Part shown: in pieces, positions 47,911 through 57,576 of the stretch | Numbering within the stretch: position 1 is the first letter of the stretch | Layout of the letters: each line of letters starts with the position of its first letter | Assembly: GCA_035559535.1 (NCBI GenBank) | Contig: DATMBG010000035.1 | Span: 1-64,000 of the forward strand | Direction of reading: 5' to 3' | Length of the DNA: 64,000 nucleotides | Source: Candidatus Limnocylindrales bacterium | GTDB taxonomy: Bacteria > Moduliflexota > Moduliflexia > Moduliflexales > JAUQPW01 | Translations under genes and position numbers: made by a program | The notes under the pieces: generated by a model | Database searches by the model: none | The model's input: the letters and a program-made list of their open reading frames with translations, nothing else | Told to the model about the DNA's origin: nothing

Positions 47911-48894
47911 CTACCAGCGAATGACGGTGGAAGCCCAGGTTACTCCCCCACCAAAGGCGACCGAGAGAATGATATCTCCCTTTTTGACTTTTCCGGCCCG
48001 AATCGTTTCATCCAGAGCAATGGGAATGGTTGCTGAAGAAGCGTTACCATATTTATGAATGGTAACGACCACTTTCTCCATGGGTAAATTGAGGCGTTTT
48101 GCAGTGGCTTCAATGATACGAAGGTTTGCTTGATGGGGGATCAGCAGATCTACATCTTCCGGCCTGAGTCCATTATGTTTTAAGGCAATCAGACAGGCTT
48201 CTTCCATGGAGCGGATGGCGACTTTAAAAAGTTCATTACCGGACATTTTAACATAATGCATCCGTTTATCCACCGTTTCATGACTGGCCGGATGGAGGGA
48301 ACCTCCTCCTGGTATGTAAAGATATTTAGCAAACTGTCCATCTGCAAAGAGGTGGGTCGACAAAACCACCTGACTGGGTTCTGAAGATGCCTGAAGGACA
48401 GCAGCTCCAGCCCCATCGGAGAAGATAACACAGGTACTTCGATCGGTCCAGTCGATGACTTTAGATAAGACTTCAGCACCCACGATGAGGATGGTTTTAT
48501 AGCTACCGGTTTTAATGTATTGCTCGGCAATGGACAAGGCGTATATAAAGCCACTACAGGCTGCTGCAATATCAAAGGCGGCAGCCCGCTTTGCACCCAA
48601 CATCTCCTGGAGGAAGCAGGCCGTAGAAGGGAGCTGCATATCCGGAGAAATAGTTCCCACAATGATTAAATCAAGATCCTGGGCTTCTATCCCTGCACTG
48701 CGAATCGCTTTTTTTGATGCATCAAAGGCCAGAGCAGAAAGGGGAACATCTTCTTTAACCACACGCCTTTCCTTGATTCCGGTTCGCGTGGTTATCCATT
48801 CATCACTGGTATCTACTAACTTTTCTAAGTCAAAGTTGGTGATAACTTTTTCCGGTACATAGGAACCGGTACCGATAATCTTAGGATAAATCAT
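47911..48894 (-). CDS. fabH: 3-oxoacyl-ACP synthase III
   Basis: DTSDEWITTRTGI, AACSGF, PHQANLRII, YGNASSA, FGGG. Confidence 0.96.
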   Translation of the reverse strand: MIYPKIIGTGSYVPEKVITNFDLEKLVDTSDEWITTRTGIKERRVVKEDVPLSALAFDASKKAIRSAGIEAQDLDLIIVGTISPDMQLPSTACFLQEMLGAKRAAAFDIAAACSGFIYALSIAEQYIKTGSYKTILIVGAEVLSKVIDWTDRSTCVIFSDGAGAAVLQASSEPSQVVLSTHLFADGQFAKYLYIPGGGSLHPASHETVDKRMHYVKMSGNELFKVAIRSMEEACLIALKHNGLRPEDVDLLIPHQANLRIIEATAKRLNLPMEKVVVTIHKYGNASSATIPIALDETIRAGKVKKGDIILSVAFGGGVTWASTVIRW

Positions 48895-50051
48895 GAGGGC
48901 TTATTCTCCTTTTTTTCTTTTTCTTCAGGATTTTTTTCGTTTACAAGCTTATGCCATTCTTCTTTCATCTCCCGTTTTTCATCACTTTCATCGGGACGAT
49001 GGGAATCTTTAAAGGATTTTTTAACCTTAATTCTTCTCCGGATCGGTTCCGGATAATTAAACTGATATTTTGTAATCGTTTCCGTAATGTGGGCTTTGAT
49101 CTGCTGGTGGATAGATTCCCCAGCCACCCGGATGGCATTTTTAATGGCCTTGGCCTTTGAACTTCCATGGGCCTTAATCAAAACCCCATTGATCCCGAGT
49201 AAAGGGGCTCCTCCGTATTCGGCGTAATCCATTTTTCTTTTCAGACGGAGGATCTCCGGTTTAATGAGCAGGTAGCCCAGTTTAGTTCTCAGGCTCTTGG
49301 AAAATTCTTCTTTTAAGACAACACCCATGGTTTCTGCAAAACTTTCGGTTACTTTTAAAACGATATTACCCACAAATCCATCACAGACCACCACATCTAC
49401 TTTACCATTAAAAATGTCCCGTCCTTCCACATTTCCGATAAAGTTAAGCTCTGTTCGCCGAAGAGCTTCAAAGACTTCCTTGGTTAGTTCATTTCCCTTA
49501 GAAGATTCTTCACCGATACTCAGAAGGCCGATTCGGGGTTTTTCCACGTTGATGATATCTTTCGCGTAGACGTGTCCCATCACTGCAAACTGAAGGATGT
49601 GTCGAGGTTTAGAATCCACGTTGGCCCCCACATCTAGAAGGATTGTAGCACGGTTAAGATTAGGGATAACGGCGGCAATAGCAGGTCTTTCCACGCCTTC
49701 TAAGGTACCACAAACGACCTTTGCAATAGCCATGGAGGCCCCGGTATTTCCGGCACTTACGACGGCATCTACAATCCCATCCCGGATCAGGTTCACAGCT
49801 ACCCGGATTGAAGAATCCGGTTTTCGCCTGAGAGCTACGGCTGGTAAATCGTGCATATCCACCACTTGAGAGGCATGTCGCACTTCTATATCCAAACCCC
49901 GGGTATCATACTTTTCCAACTCCCGTCGAACCACCTCCTCAATGCCTACCAGGACCAAACTCATTCCATATTCACGAGCCGCCTGCACCGCACCCTCTAC
50001 AATAGCATGGGGTGCGTGATCCCCTCCCATGGCATCAACAGCAATTTTCAT
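48891..50051 (-). CDS. plsX: Phosphate acyltransferase
   Basis: IAVDAMGGDHAP, SAGNTGA, LDVGANVD, DGFVGN, YGGAPLLG, HGSS. Confidence 0.96.
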   Translation of the reverse strand: MKIAVDAMGGDHAPHAIVEGAVQAAREYGMSLVLVGIEEVVRRELEKYDTRGLDIEVRHASQVVDMHDLPAVALRRKPDSSIRVAVNLIRDGIVDAVVSAGNTGASMAIAKVVCGTLEGVERPAIAAVIPNLNRATILLDVGANVDSKPRHILQFAVMGHVYAKDIINVEKPRIGLLSIGEESSKGNELTKEVFEALRRTELNFIGNVEGRDIFNGKVDVVVCDGFVGNIVLKVTESFAETMGVVLKEEFSKSLRTKLGYLLIKPEILRLKRKMDYAEYGGAPLLGINGVLIKAHGSSKAKAIKNAIRVAGESIHQQIKAHITETITKYQFNYPEPIRRRIKVKKSFKDSHRPDESDEKREMKEEWHKLVNEKNPEEKEKKENKPS

Positions 50052-50120
50052 TCTCGTCAGGCTAAGGATTCCGGATCAAGGAATTTAAGATTTCCGATCC
50101 TCGATTCCAGATCCCCGGTT

Positions 50121-50306
50121 TTACTCCTCTTCCTTGGGCTGGATAACGGTTTTACCTCGGTAAGAGCCGCAATGGGGACAGGCCCGATGCGGTAATTTAG
50201 GTTCTCCACATTCTGAACAAGCAGATAAAGTCGGAGCTTTTAAATGGTGATGGGATTTTCTTTTATTCTTACGTGATTTTGACGATCTTCTCTTGGGAAC
50301 TCCCAT
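50121..50306 (-). CDS. rpmF: 50S ribosomal protein L32
   Basis: VPKRRSSKSR, CSECG...HRACPHCGSY. Confidence 0.96.
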   Translation of the reverse strand: MGVPKRRSSKSRKNKRKSHHHLKAPTLSACSECGEPKLPHRACPHCGSYRGKTVIQPKEEE

Positions 50307-50392
50307 TTTTAAAGTCCTAAGCAGGGGACGGTGGGCAGGGGGCCGTACATAGATCTTCCTCCGCCGGCGGCCTACTACCTACGGTCCACTGC

Positions 50393-50911
50393 TTAATTCT
50401 CTAACAATTTGGCCAGGACCGCTAATCTTGGATCTATGTTATCTTCCCGGCAAGAGCACCTCCGAAAATTTAAATTCTGCCCACACTGGGGGCAAAGACC
50501 TGCACAATCGGCTTTACAAAAAACCTGGATGGGAATGGCCAGAATGAGTTGCTCTCGAATGATCTCGGTAAGATTTAAGGTATCTTCGGAATAATAACTC
50601 ACCAGTAGATCCTCGGCTTCTAACTCGACCTCCTCCCGGGTTTCCATCCACTTCGCATCTCGATATATGGCATGAAAATACTTTTGAACAGGGAATATTT
50701 TGGACTCCAAACATCGGCAACATTCCAACTGAAGTTCTGCCGGTATGTAACCATACACCTCGATGTCCAACCCAACCCTGCTCACCCGAATCTTAGCTTG
50801 AGTGGAAGAGTGGAGGACAAATCCATCGTTTTGTGAATCAAACTCCCAGGGGTGCAGTTCCAGTTCGAAGTCCGAAGGTGATGCTTGAATTTCATCGATT
50901 CGAATAATCAT
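50393..50911 (-). CDS. yceD: DUF177/YceD family protein
   Basis: CCRCL, CKADCAGLCPQCGQNLN, DPRLAVL; upstream of rpmF. Confidence 0.92.
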   Translation of the reverse strand: MIIRIDEIQASPSDFELELHPWEFDSQNDGFVLHSSTQAKIRVSRVGLDIEVYGYIPAELQLECCRCLESKIFPVQKYFHAIYRDAKWMETREEVELEAEDLLVSYYSEDTLNLTEIIREQLILAIPIQVFCKADCAGLCPQCGQNLNFRRCSCREDNIDPRLAVLAKLLEN

Positions 50912-51128
50912 ACCTCTTATGCTGATGGATCTCAGAGGAACTAAGGACCTGTCAGTTTAAAAACCTCATTAAAAACCTCAGAGGATCCATTCTACAAAAA
51001 GCTCATTTATGCTAATGAATGTCTCTCCTCCTTGTCAAGAGGAAATTTACCAAAGTAGGGGTGCCCCCCCGTCCGCCCGTTAAGGTAAAAACATTATCCC
51101 CTAAGCTCCAGAGGAATGTTCTACTCGT

Positions 51129-52433
51129 TTAGTTATTTTTCGATGAGGTGGGAAGGGTTACCGTCGTAATTCCGGCAGCCTTGATCTCTTCCACAGCTCG
51201 ATTTAAAGCCGTCTCCGGGTCTATCTCTTTTTTCAAGGCGGACATCACATACTTTTCAATAATCGAAGAAGCTGTACGATAATTCATAACCCGAGGAGGA
51301 GGAACGGTACTTAAAAGTTCCCTCCGTTTAAGATCCAGTAAAGGATCTAATTGCTGGGCCTTTGTATCCGTTAACAAAGAGATCCAGATGGGTGTCTCCT
51401 GTGGAAACCCTTTCTGGACCAGAGGACTCGTCAAGAATCGAATATATTTCCAGGCTCGCTTGGGATCTGAAGTATTTGCAGCAATGGCCAATCCTTGAAA
51501 TGCGCCCACCGAAACCGAGTTAAACTCGTACTGTTTTTTCTGCTGAACCCTCCTGGAGACGGGTAACAATCCAACCTCTGCCACATTACTCACCTTAGAA
51601 AGACTGCTATCTTTGATGATGGCAGCCTGAAAAACCCAGTTGGTATTAAAAGCACAATTTCCGGTAATAAATTCATCTTTGGTCTCCAGAACTCCAGAAG
51701 TCAACGAAGTGGGGTTTATCCATTTATTCTCTACCGCCTGAATCATAAACTTGAGGGCTTCCAGTCCACCTCCTCTATGAAAAACAGGCTCTCCTGAAGG
51801 GCTAAAAAGAGTATCTCCAAAAGCTCCAACCAACCAGATATACTCATCTATCAACCCCTTGTTAACTCCCCAGGCATCGTGCCAGGGATATTCCACAGTA
51901 CCCCGCGTCTTCAGAACCCTCATCTGGTTCGCCATTTCTTCCAACGTGTCAGGAGGCTTATCAAATCCCGCTTCTGCCAGCATGGCTTTGTTATAAAATA
52001 AGAGTTGAAAGTTACTGAGATGCGGCATGGCCCACAGCTTCTCATTAAAGGTAAAGGCCGTAAGGGTAGAAGGAACCAGATCACTTTTAAACCCCTTTAT
52101 GAACTCCTGAAGGGGTAGAATCGCTCCCCTACTGATAAGCTCCGGTATCCAGGTGGCATCGACGGCGATCACATCATAGGTGGGCTGGGGTTGTGAAGTA
52201 CTTTTGTTGATTTCTTCGAGTTGCTTTTCATAGGGGATATAATTGATACTAACTGAAATGTCCGAAATCTCGGAGAAAAGCTGAGAGAGCCGCTCATAAT
52301 CCTTAGGTTGATACCCCGAGTGGGCTATCAAGGCTACATTCAATGAAGACTCCTGGGTAGCTGCTCGGGTCTGTAAAAACCCCCATAAACTGATCCCTAC
52401 AATAACTATACTATATAAGAAATATCGTCGCAT
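51129..52433 (-). CDS. Sugar ABC transporter substrate-binding protein (no adjacent permease)
   Basis: Signal peptide, YDVIAVDATWIPEL, LFYNKAML, PPDTLEE, AWKYIRFLTS. Confidence 0.8.
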   Translation of the reverse strand: MRRYFLYSIVIVGISLWGFLQTRAATQESSLNVALIAHSGYQPKDYERLSQLFSEISDISVSINYIPYEKQLEEINKSTSQPQPTYDVIAVDATWIPELISRGAILPLQEFIKGFKSDLVPSTLTAFTFNEKLWAMPHLSNFQLLFYNKAMLAEAGFDKPPDTLEEMANQMRVLKTRGTVEYPWHDAWGVNKGLIDEYIWLVGAFGDTLFSPSGEPVFHRGGGLEALKFMIQAVENKWINPTSLTSGVLETKDEFITGNCAFNTNWVFQAAIIKDSSLSKVSNVAEVGLLPVSRRVQQKKQYEFNSVSVGAFQGLAIAANTSDPKRAWKYIRFLTSPLVQKGFPQETPIWISLLTDTKAQQLDPLLDLKRRELLSTVPPPRVMNYRTASSIIEKYVMSALKKEIDPETALNRAVEEIKAAGITTVTLPTSSKNN

Positions 52434-52594
52434 GGTATTCCTCTCGAAGAATATGGGTTGATGGAGCTTCCTCTACTTCTTACCTAATCCTTCCATAAGA
52501 TAAGTTCTGATTTTTAAATCTTCAACCTTAGTCCTTGTTTTCCATACCTTTTATTAAAAAGGATCCCAAAGTCCTGTCTATCAAAAAGGGCTGG

Positions 52595-55054
52595 TTAAGG
52601 AGATTCTTCCCGATCTTGAGAATCCCTCAAACCCGAAGACTGATCGACAATGGGATAATACAGGCTGTAAAAATATTTGATGTTATGATATCTGGGATGA
52701 GAAGGTTTGGCTAAAAGGGTTTTTTCTAATTCTTTGTCCTTGATAAGCCCAATTTTAGCCACATAGGCCCGATCCCTGGCATTAAGGACCTGTTGGGTAT
52801 AGGTTGGGTATTTATCTTCTGTAAACGGACCCAGGTTCGGAGAGCAGATCACCTCTTCATTGCTGGCAAAGGTGAGAGTATAGGCAATCCAATAATCGGT
52901 ATCAATATATCGGATATGTCGATCCTTCAAGATCGAGAGGAAGGTTTGTAACCCTCGTCCGTCCACGGCAGAGTTCTTATGAATATGGAAAATTCCAAGA
53001 AGGTTAACCCCCAAGACCACGGCGATCAAGAAAACGAACAAAACCAAAGATACCCGCTTGATCCGCAAGAGGAACAAAGCCAGAAAGATGGGAAGTGTTG
53101 AGTAAAGGGGTAGAAGATATCGGGGGACTCGGGAAAGGGTTCCAAAATTGCTACTGCAGAACAGCCCTATTGTCACGAGGGTTAAAACCAGGGGAATCTC
53201 TAATCGCTCTGGATTCTTCCCGGCTGAAGGAGTTATCGGATCTGATCTGTTTTCAGGAGATTTGAAGACCGGTGAAAAAGAAAGGGAACGATCCCACCGC
53301 CACAGAGCATATCCTAAAGATAAAACATAAACTCCGATGACCAGGTAAGCAAAATCGCCTGCGATATTGGTCATGGCATATTGAGTATGGGTCCCTACCA
53401 GGATCGGCAAGGCCTGGGTAAGAAAGTCATGAAAATGGGTGGGAAATTGAAGCCATTGGGATTCCCAGGAACTTTTTTCCCCATCAGTTAAGAAAGTATA
53501 GGTCTCCCATTGATTTTGTACGTTCCATAACAGGAGTGGAAAAACCCCCACCAGGGCAAAGAGGAGAAATACGGCGAACGATTTTCTCAAAACAAACAAT
53601 CTGTCTTTGAGGAACCAAAAGAAGATAAAAGTCAGGACATAGGAGATGATCTGAGGATTCGTCCAAAATCCGACTCCGGCTAAAAAACCGGCCAGGCCGT
53701 ACCATCTTAAAGGATAAGATGTCCAGACGTCTTTTGAATATAAGAGCTTGGCAAGAATGACTAACAGGGCCGTTCCGAAAGCCAGAAGCTCCATGTAGGC
53801 AGCTCCTGCGTAAATACTTCTCAAGGCCAGGAATCCCGGTGAAACGGCCAGGAGAAGGGCGGTCAAGAGAGCAGTTTTGGTATCTGCAATCTTGCGGGTA
53901 AAAAGGAACATAAGCAGGAGAAAGACAAGGAAAAAGAGAACCGATATGAGTTTAAGCCCTATCACCGAGACACCGGAAAAATAGAAAACAGCAGCGGCCA
54001 AATGGGCTTTCAGGCTTCCCATGTAAGGAAGTTCATAGTAGAGAATAGGTCGTTCTCCCCGGGTCAGAATATGTTTGGCCATAAGTCCTTCAATGGCCTC
54101 ATCGGAGTCGAGGGTTCCCAAAGGGTATTCCAGCAGGTACAGTCGAACGACCAGGGCCAACACGAAGATCAGGATAAATAGAAAAGGAGTCAAATAGGCC
54201 TCCCGAAGTTCTCTACTTTTTAGAAAAGCCCGGGTATAATACAGGCCTACCCCTAACCAAAGGATTTTAATAGCCAGAATCATATTTTCCGTTCCCTGTT
54301 CCCGTTGATAGGCTTTTAAATCAGGTTTTTCAGGGTAGAAATATCGGCTTGGTATGATTTTCATCCAATGAAAAGGTCTGGGACCTGCCCAATAAAGATG
54401 AAGAAGATGGGCCTTGTCATATTGAAAATAAGAAACTTTGAGGGCGTGAAATCCTTCCTCTAACCGAAGAACTCCGGATTTTGCTCTGGCATTATGATAG
54501 CCACTGTTATCGATGATGAGTTGGTCATCAATGAACAGGGCGGAACCATCATCGGAGCGTAGCGTGAAGGTATACTCATCTGTTCGAGGAATTCGGATAT
54601 ATCCGGTCCAGGTGATAAAATAATTTTCCCTGGAAAACTCGTCCAGGGCATGGTTGGGAAAATTGATATCCGGATCTATCCGTTTAAATAACGGCTCTTC
54701 CTGCATGCTTTCCCTTGAGTAATAGCTTCCCATCAGTCCATGGGTCAGAGAGTTTTTTTCTTTAACAAGAAAAACTATAGGGACCGATAGGGTGAAGAGC
54801 AGGATGAGGACTACATGGCTTATGGAGCTTTTAAAATTAAACCAAAAAGAGCTTTTCTTCCAGGGGTTTGCAACCGATAACCAGACTAACCCCAGGCCTA
54901 TGAGAATCACCAGTAGCTTTTCCACTTCGGGAATCTGAAAAGAAAACGAGCGAACCCGAAGAGAACCACCTTTACGAAACCAGGACAGTTCCAATAAAAT
55001 GAAACAAACTATCCAGAGGATTTCAACGAGAAATTTAAAGGCTCGAGTCAGCAT
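52595..55054 (-). CDS. PA14-domain-containing GT-C (ArnT/PMT-like) glycosyltransferase
   Basis: PA14 signature WTGYI...YTFTLRSDDGSALFIDD; then DSDEAIEGLMAKHI, YMGSL, PRYLLP, DYWIAY and multiple TM helices. Confidence 0.8.
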   Translation of the reverse strand: MLTRAFKFLVEILWIVCFILLELSWFRKGGSLRVRSFSFQIPEVEKLLVILIGLGLVWLSVANPWKKSSFWFNFKSSISHVVLILLFTLSVPIVFLVKEKNSLTHGLMGSYYSRESMQEEPLFKRIDPDINFPNHALDEFSRENYFITWTGYIRIPRTDEYTFTLRSDDGSALFIDDQLIIDNSGYHNARAKSGVLRLEEGFHALKVSYFQYDKAHLLHLYWAGPRPFHWMKIIPSRYFYPEKPDLKAYQREQGTENMILAIKILWLGVGLYYTRAFLKSRELREAYLTPFLFILIFVLALVVRLYLLEYPLGTLDSDEAIEGLMAKHILTRGERPILYYELPYMGSLKAHLAAAVFYFSGVSVIGLKLISVLFFLVFLLLMFLFTRKIADTKTALLTALLLAVSPGFLALRSIYAGAAYMELLAFGTALLVILAKLLYSKDVWTSYPLRWYGLAGFLAGVGFWTNPQIISYVLTFIFFWFLKDRLFVLRKSFAVFLLFALVGVFPLLLWNVQNQWETYTFLTDGEKSSWESQWLQFPTHFHDFLTQALPILVGTHTQYAMTNIAGDFAYLVIGVYVLSLGYALWRWDRSLSFSPVFKSPENRSDPITPSAGKNPERLEIPLVLTLVTIGLFCSSNFGTLSRVPRYLLPLYSTLPIFLALFLLRIKRVSLVLFVFLIAVVLGVNLLGIFHIHKNSAVDGRGLQTFLSILKDRHIRYIDTDYWIAYTLTFASNEEVICSPNLGPFTEDKYPTYTQQVLNARDRAYVAKIGLIKDKELEKTLLAKPSHPRYHNIKYFYSLYYPIVDQSSGLRDSQDREESP

Positions 55055-55186
55055 GATCGGGTCCTGATTTGTAGTTAAACAGGTCTGGTGTCAGTGCGAG
55101 GGAGATAATTTCCTGTCCCATGGATCACCCGGTTCCTTCATTCCTCGCCATGACGGATTACTTTATGAAATGCAAGTTATCTTAGC

Positions 55187-56071
55187 TTACCGAAAGCAGA
55201 GGAAAATCATAATCAAGAAAAGGACTAAAGAATAAATACAAAAAAGAGGTTCTGTAAAAATTCTCTCGGGTTCCTTGACCAGGGGACTACTTTTTAAAGT
55301 CAGGATAAAGAACCAAAGGATAAAAATCAAAAAAAAGGGGAGGGTGAAGAAGAGTGCTCTCTGGAATTGGAGGGCCAGGTAGACATATCCCAGCATGGTC
55401 AGACCCGCATAGAATATCATAACACCCAGCAGAGATCCTTTGGAATAATATTTATAAGCCCGTCGATAAAAGACGGCCTGGGATCCCAGGAAAAGGAGCT
55501 CCGCTAACCGCTTAGCCGTCATCAAAAATGCTCCGAAGACCCATAACCACAGAATGAGAGAAAAAGGGGGGAGTATGCGTTCAGAAGTCACAGAAAACCA
55601 GCCAATTAAAAGCCGGATCGGATTATTGATGGACTCAGAGAGGACATCGATATAGGGAATCTCTTTGGCGCGAAGGGGTCTCAGGTTATAAATCATTCCG
55701 GCCAGAAAGAGGCCTATTAAGGAGAATTGAAAGTAAGGATTAAAAAAATAGAAGGCCAGCGATAAGGAAACCAGAAGGAGTCCCAGGGTAAGAATGACCA
55801 GTGTCTGAATGTCCACCAGACCACTGGGAATAGGTCGGAATCGCTTCACCGGATGTTGAAGATCGTAAGAAGCATCGAGGATTTCATTGATAGCGTAGTT
55901 GACCGAGGAAACCAAACAGGCCAACAACAATCCTGTCAGGATTTTAGAGAGAAGATCCCAGGGAAGTTCCCGATTGAAGTAAGAAAGTGCAGCCAGGCTA
56001 CCTGTGAGTGTAAAAAGATTTTTAAACCAATGATCTAATCGAAAGGCCTTCAGATAATAGCGATATTTCAT
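55187..56071 (-). CDS. UbiA-family polyprenyl-phosphate phosphoribosyltransferase-like protein
   Basis: RLDHWFKN, NYAINEILDASYDLQHPVKRFRPIPSG, KRLAE. Confidence 0.82.
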   Translation of the reverse strand: MKYRYYLKAFRLDHWFKNLFTLTGSLAALSYFNRELPWDLLSKILTGLLLACLVSSVNYAINEILDASYDLQHPVKRFRPIPSGLVDIQTLVILTLGLLLVSLSLAFYFFNPYFQFSLIGLFLAGMIYNLRPLRAKEIPYIDVLSESINNPIRLLIGWFSVTSERILPPFSLILWLWVFGAFLMTAKRLAELLFLGSQAVFYRRAYKYYSKGSLLGVMIFYAGLTMLGYVYLALQFQRALFFTLPFFLIFILWFFILTLKSSPLVKEPERIFTEPLFCIYSLVLFLIMIFLCFR

Positions 56072-56946
56072 CGAATTTGCTCTAATTTCAAATAGTTGGT
56101 CAGTTCGATATTCAACCGGGCTATCATCTCTTTAACCTTTGGACTTGTCAAGCTTTTTAATTCATCTTTTCTCCGATAAGTTGGATCGACAACCTGTTGA
56201 TAGAGTTCTTCATCTTCATAACCGGGATGACACATCACTTCGGTTATTCCTTCCTTAACTTGAGGTAAAAAGGTCAGCCAGGTTTCTTCTGTAAAACAGC
56301 CACTATGGTATATGCCGTAGAAATAGGTAGAGGTTTTTAAACCGGCCTTGAGGATTTTTTTTCGGGCCATTCCGGCAGCCAGGCGTAGGGCCTCGGTTTT
56401 TATCCATGGGGAGAGAACCCATCTTTTCTCTTTAACCCGCATCTCTTCCGAACATCGGATATAGGAAACCCGATATTTTTGTGCAAGATGGAGGACCAGG
56501 GAAATCAAACTCGGATGTAAATGGATATGGAGATGGGCATCAAGGTGTGAGATTTTAAGTCCCGTATCCAAGAATTTCTCGATCTGGGCCTGGAGTTCTT
56601 GTTGGATATCCCTTCGTCGAATTTTTCCCAGGCTCAGATAATAAAAAAAGGAAATGTAGCCTGGATAAAAATTTCCTTCTTCATCTACCAAAGTTGGTAT
56701 TTGCCGGGGGGGTAGGAGAGATTTTCCAGCGGCTAAGGTCAAATGAATTCCTACGGCCAGTTCGGGATTTTCTTTAGCTTTTTGAACGGCATCTTCAAAG
56801 GCATCTCCGGAAACCATCAGGCTGGCCCCGGTGATAAGACCTCTTTGAAATCCCTCTACAATTCCGGAGTTGACTCCTTTTGTCAAACCAAAATCATCGG
56901 CTATAACGACGAGATATTTTTTGTTTTTATCCAACGAATTCACCAT
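56068..56946 (-). CDS. YdjC/ChbG/HpnK family deacetylase
   Basis: ADDFG, GIHLTL, HLDAHLHIH, EVMCHPG; likely ATG at 56946. Confidence 0.9.
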   Translation of the reverse strand: MVNSLDKNKKYLVVIADDFGLTKGVNSGIVEGFQRGLITGASLMVSGDAFEDAVQKAKENPELAVGIHLTLAAGKSLLPPRQIPTLVDEEGNFYPGYISFFYYLSLGKIRRRDIQQELQAQIEKFLDTGLKISHLDAHLHIHLHPSLISLVLHLAQKYRVSYIRCSEEMRVKEKRWVLSPWIKTEALRLAAGMARKKILKAGLKTSTYFYGIYHSGCFTEETWLTFLPQVKEGITEVMCHPGYEDEELYQQVVDPTYRRKDELKSLTSPKVKEMIARLNIELTNYLKLEQIR

Positions 56947-56981
56947 AAACTTTAAATTAATTATAGGACTTTTATTCACCC

Positions 56982-57010
56982 TTGACAATCCCAATCCAGA
57001 GCCTTACTTT
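56982..57010 (+). promoter_or_regulatory. Sigma70 promoter of ssrA
   Basis: TTGACA-N17-TACTTT ending 10 nt before the tmRNA 5' end. Confidence 0.7.
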
Positions 57011-57019
57011 AAAACATAG

Positions 57020-57379
57020 GGGGGCGACAGGTTTCGACGGGGTTAGTTGAGGCATCAGCGGCATGTCGAGGTCCTGTTATCTCGTAAAACAAGCAGGAAA
57101 AAAACAACTGCTGACACTTATTCTACGCAGGAATACGCTTTAGCTGCCTAGTGCAGCTAACGCTCCTTCACCCAGGCCTGCAGGAGTGAAGCGGGCGTAA
57201 TAAAGCAGGCTGGCTTATCTTCTCGGTTCGGAGGAAGGTAAGCGAAAACGCATCCGAACTGGCATCTTCCAAGTCCTGCCGATGGGACCCGGAGGATGTG
57301 AGAAAAAAAACATCGGCTAAGCATGTAGAGGCTGATCGCCGAATAATCTCGGACGCGGGTTCGATTCCCGCCGCCTCCA
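57020..57379 (+). ncRNA. ssrA: tmRNA; tag reading frame 57110-57151 encodes ADTYSTQEYALAA*
   Basis: 5' GGGGGCGACAGGTTTCGAC; 3' GGACGCGGGTTCGATTCCCGCCGCCTCCA; acceptor stem with G3-U wobble; YALAA tag; CCA not encoded. Confidence 0.96.
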
Positions 57380-57393
57380 TTAATTTCTCTCAT

Positions 57394-57427
57394 AAAAAGC
57401 CCAACCGATAAGCCGGTTGGGCTTTTT
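57394..57427 (+). terminator. Rho-independent terminator after ssrA
   Basis: AAAAAGCCCAACCG-ATAAGC-CGGTTGGGCTTTTT. Confidence 0.85.
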
Positions 57428-57576
57428 ATTTTCTGAGAAAGGTAACTCTACCCAAAGGTATCGGCCTAAGGGGGTCGGTTGTTTTTTCATTGACCTAATC
57501 TTCAGAGGGAGTATACTGTAAGGAGGAAGGGCGTTTGTTAAAAGACTGGATTTTTCAAAAAGGAGGTAAATCAACG

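Noticed and set aside
57157-57393. Two minus-strand ORFs of 70-78 aa
   Set aside because: Antisense to the tmRNA
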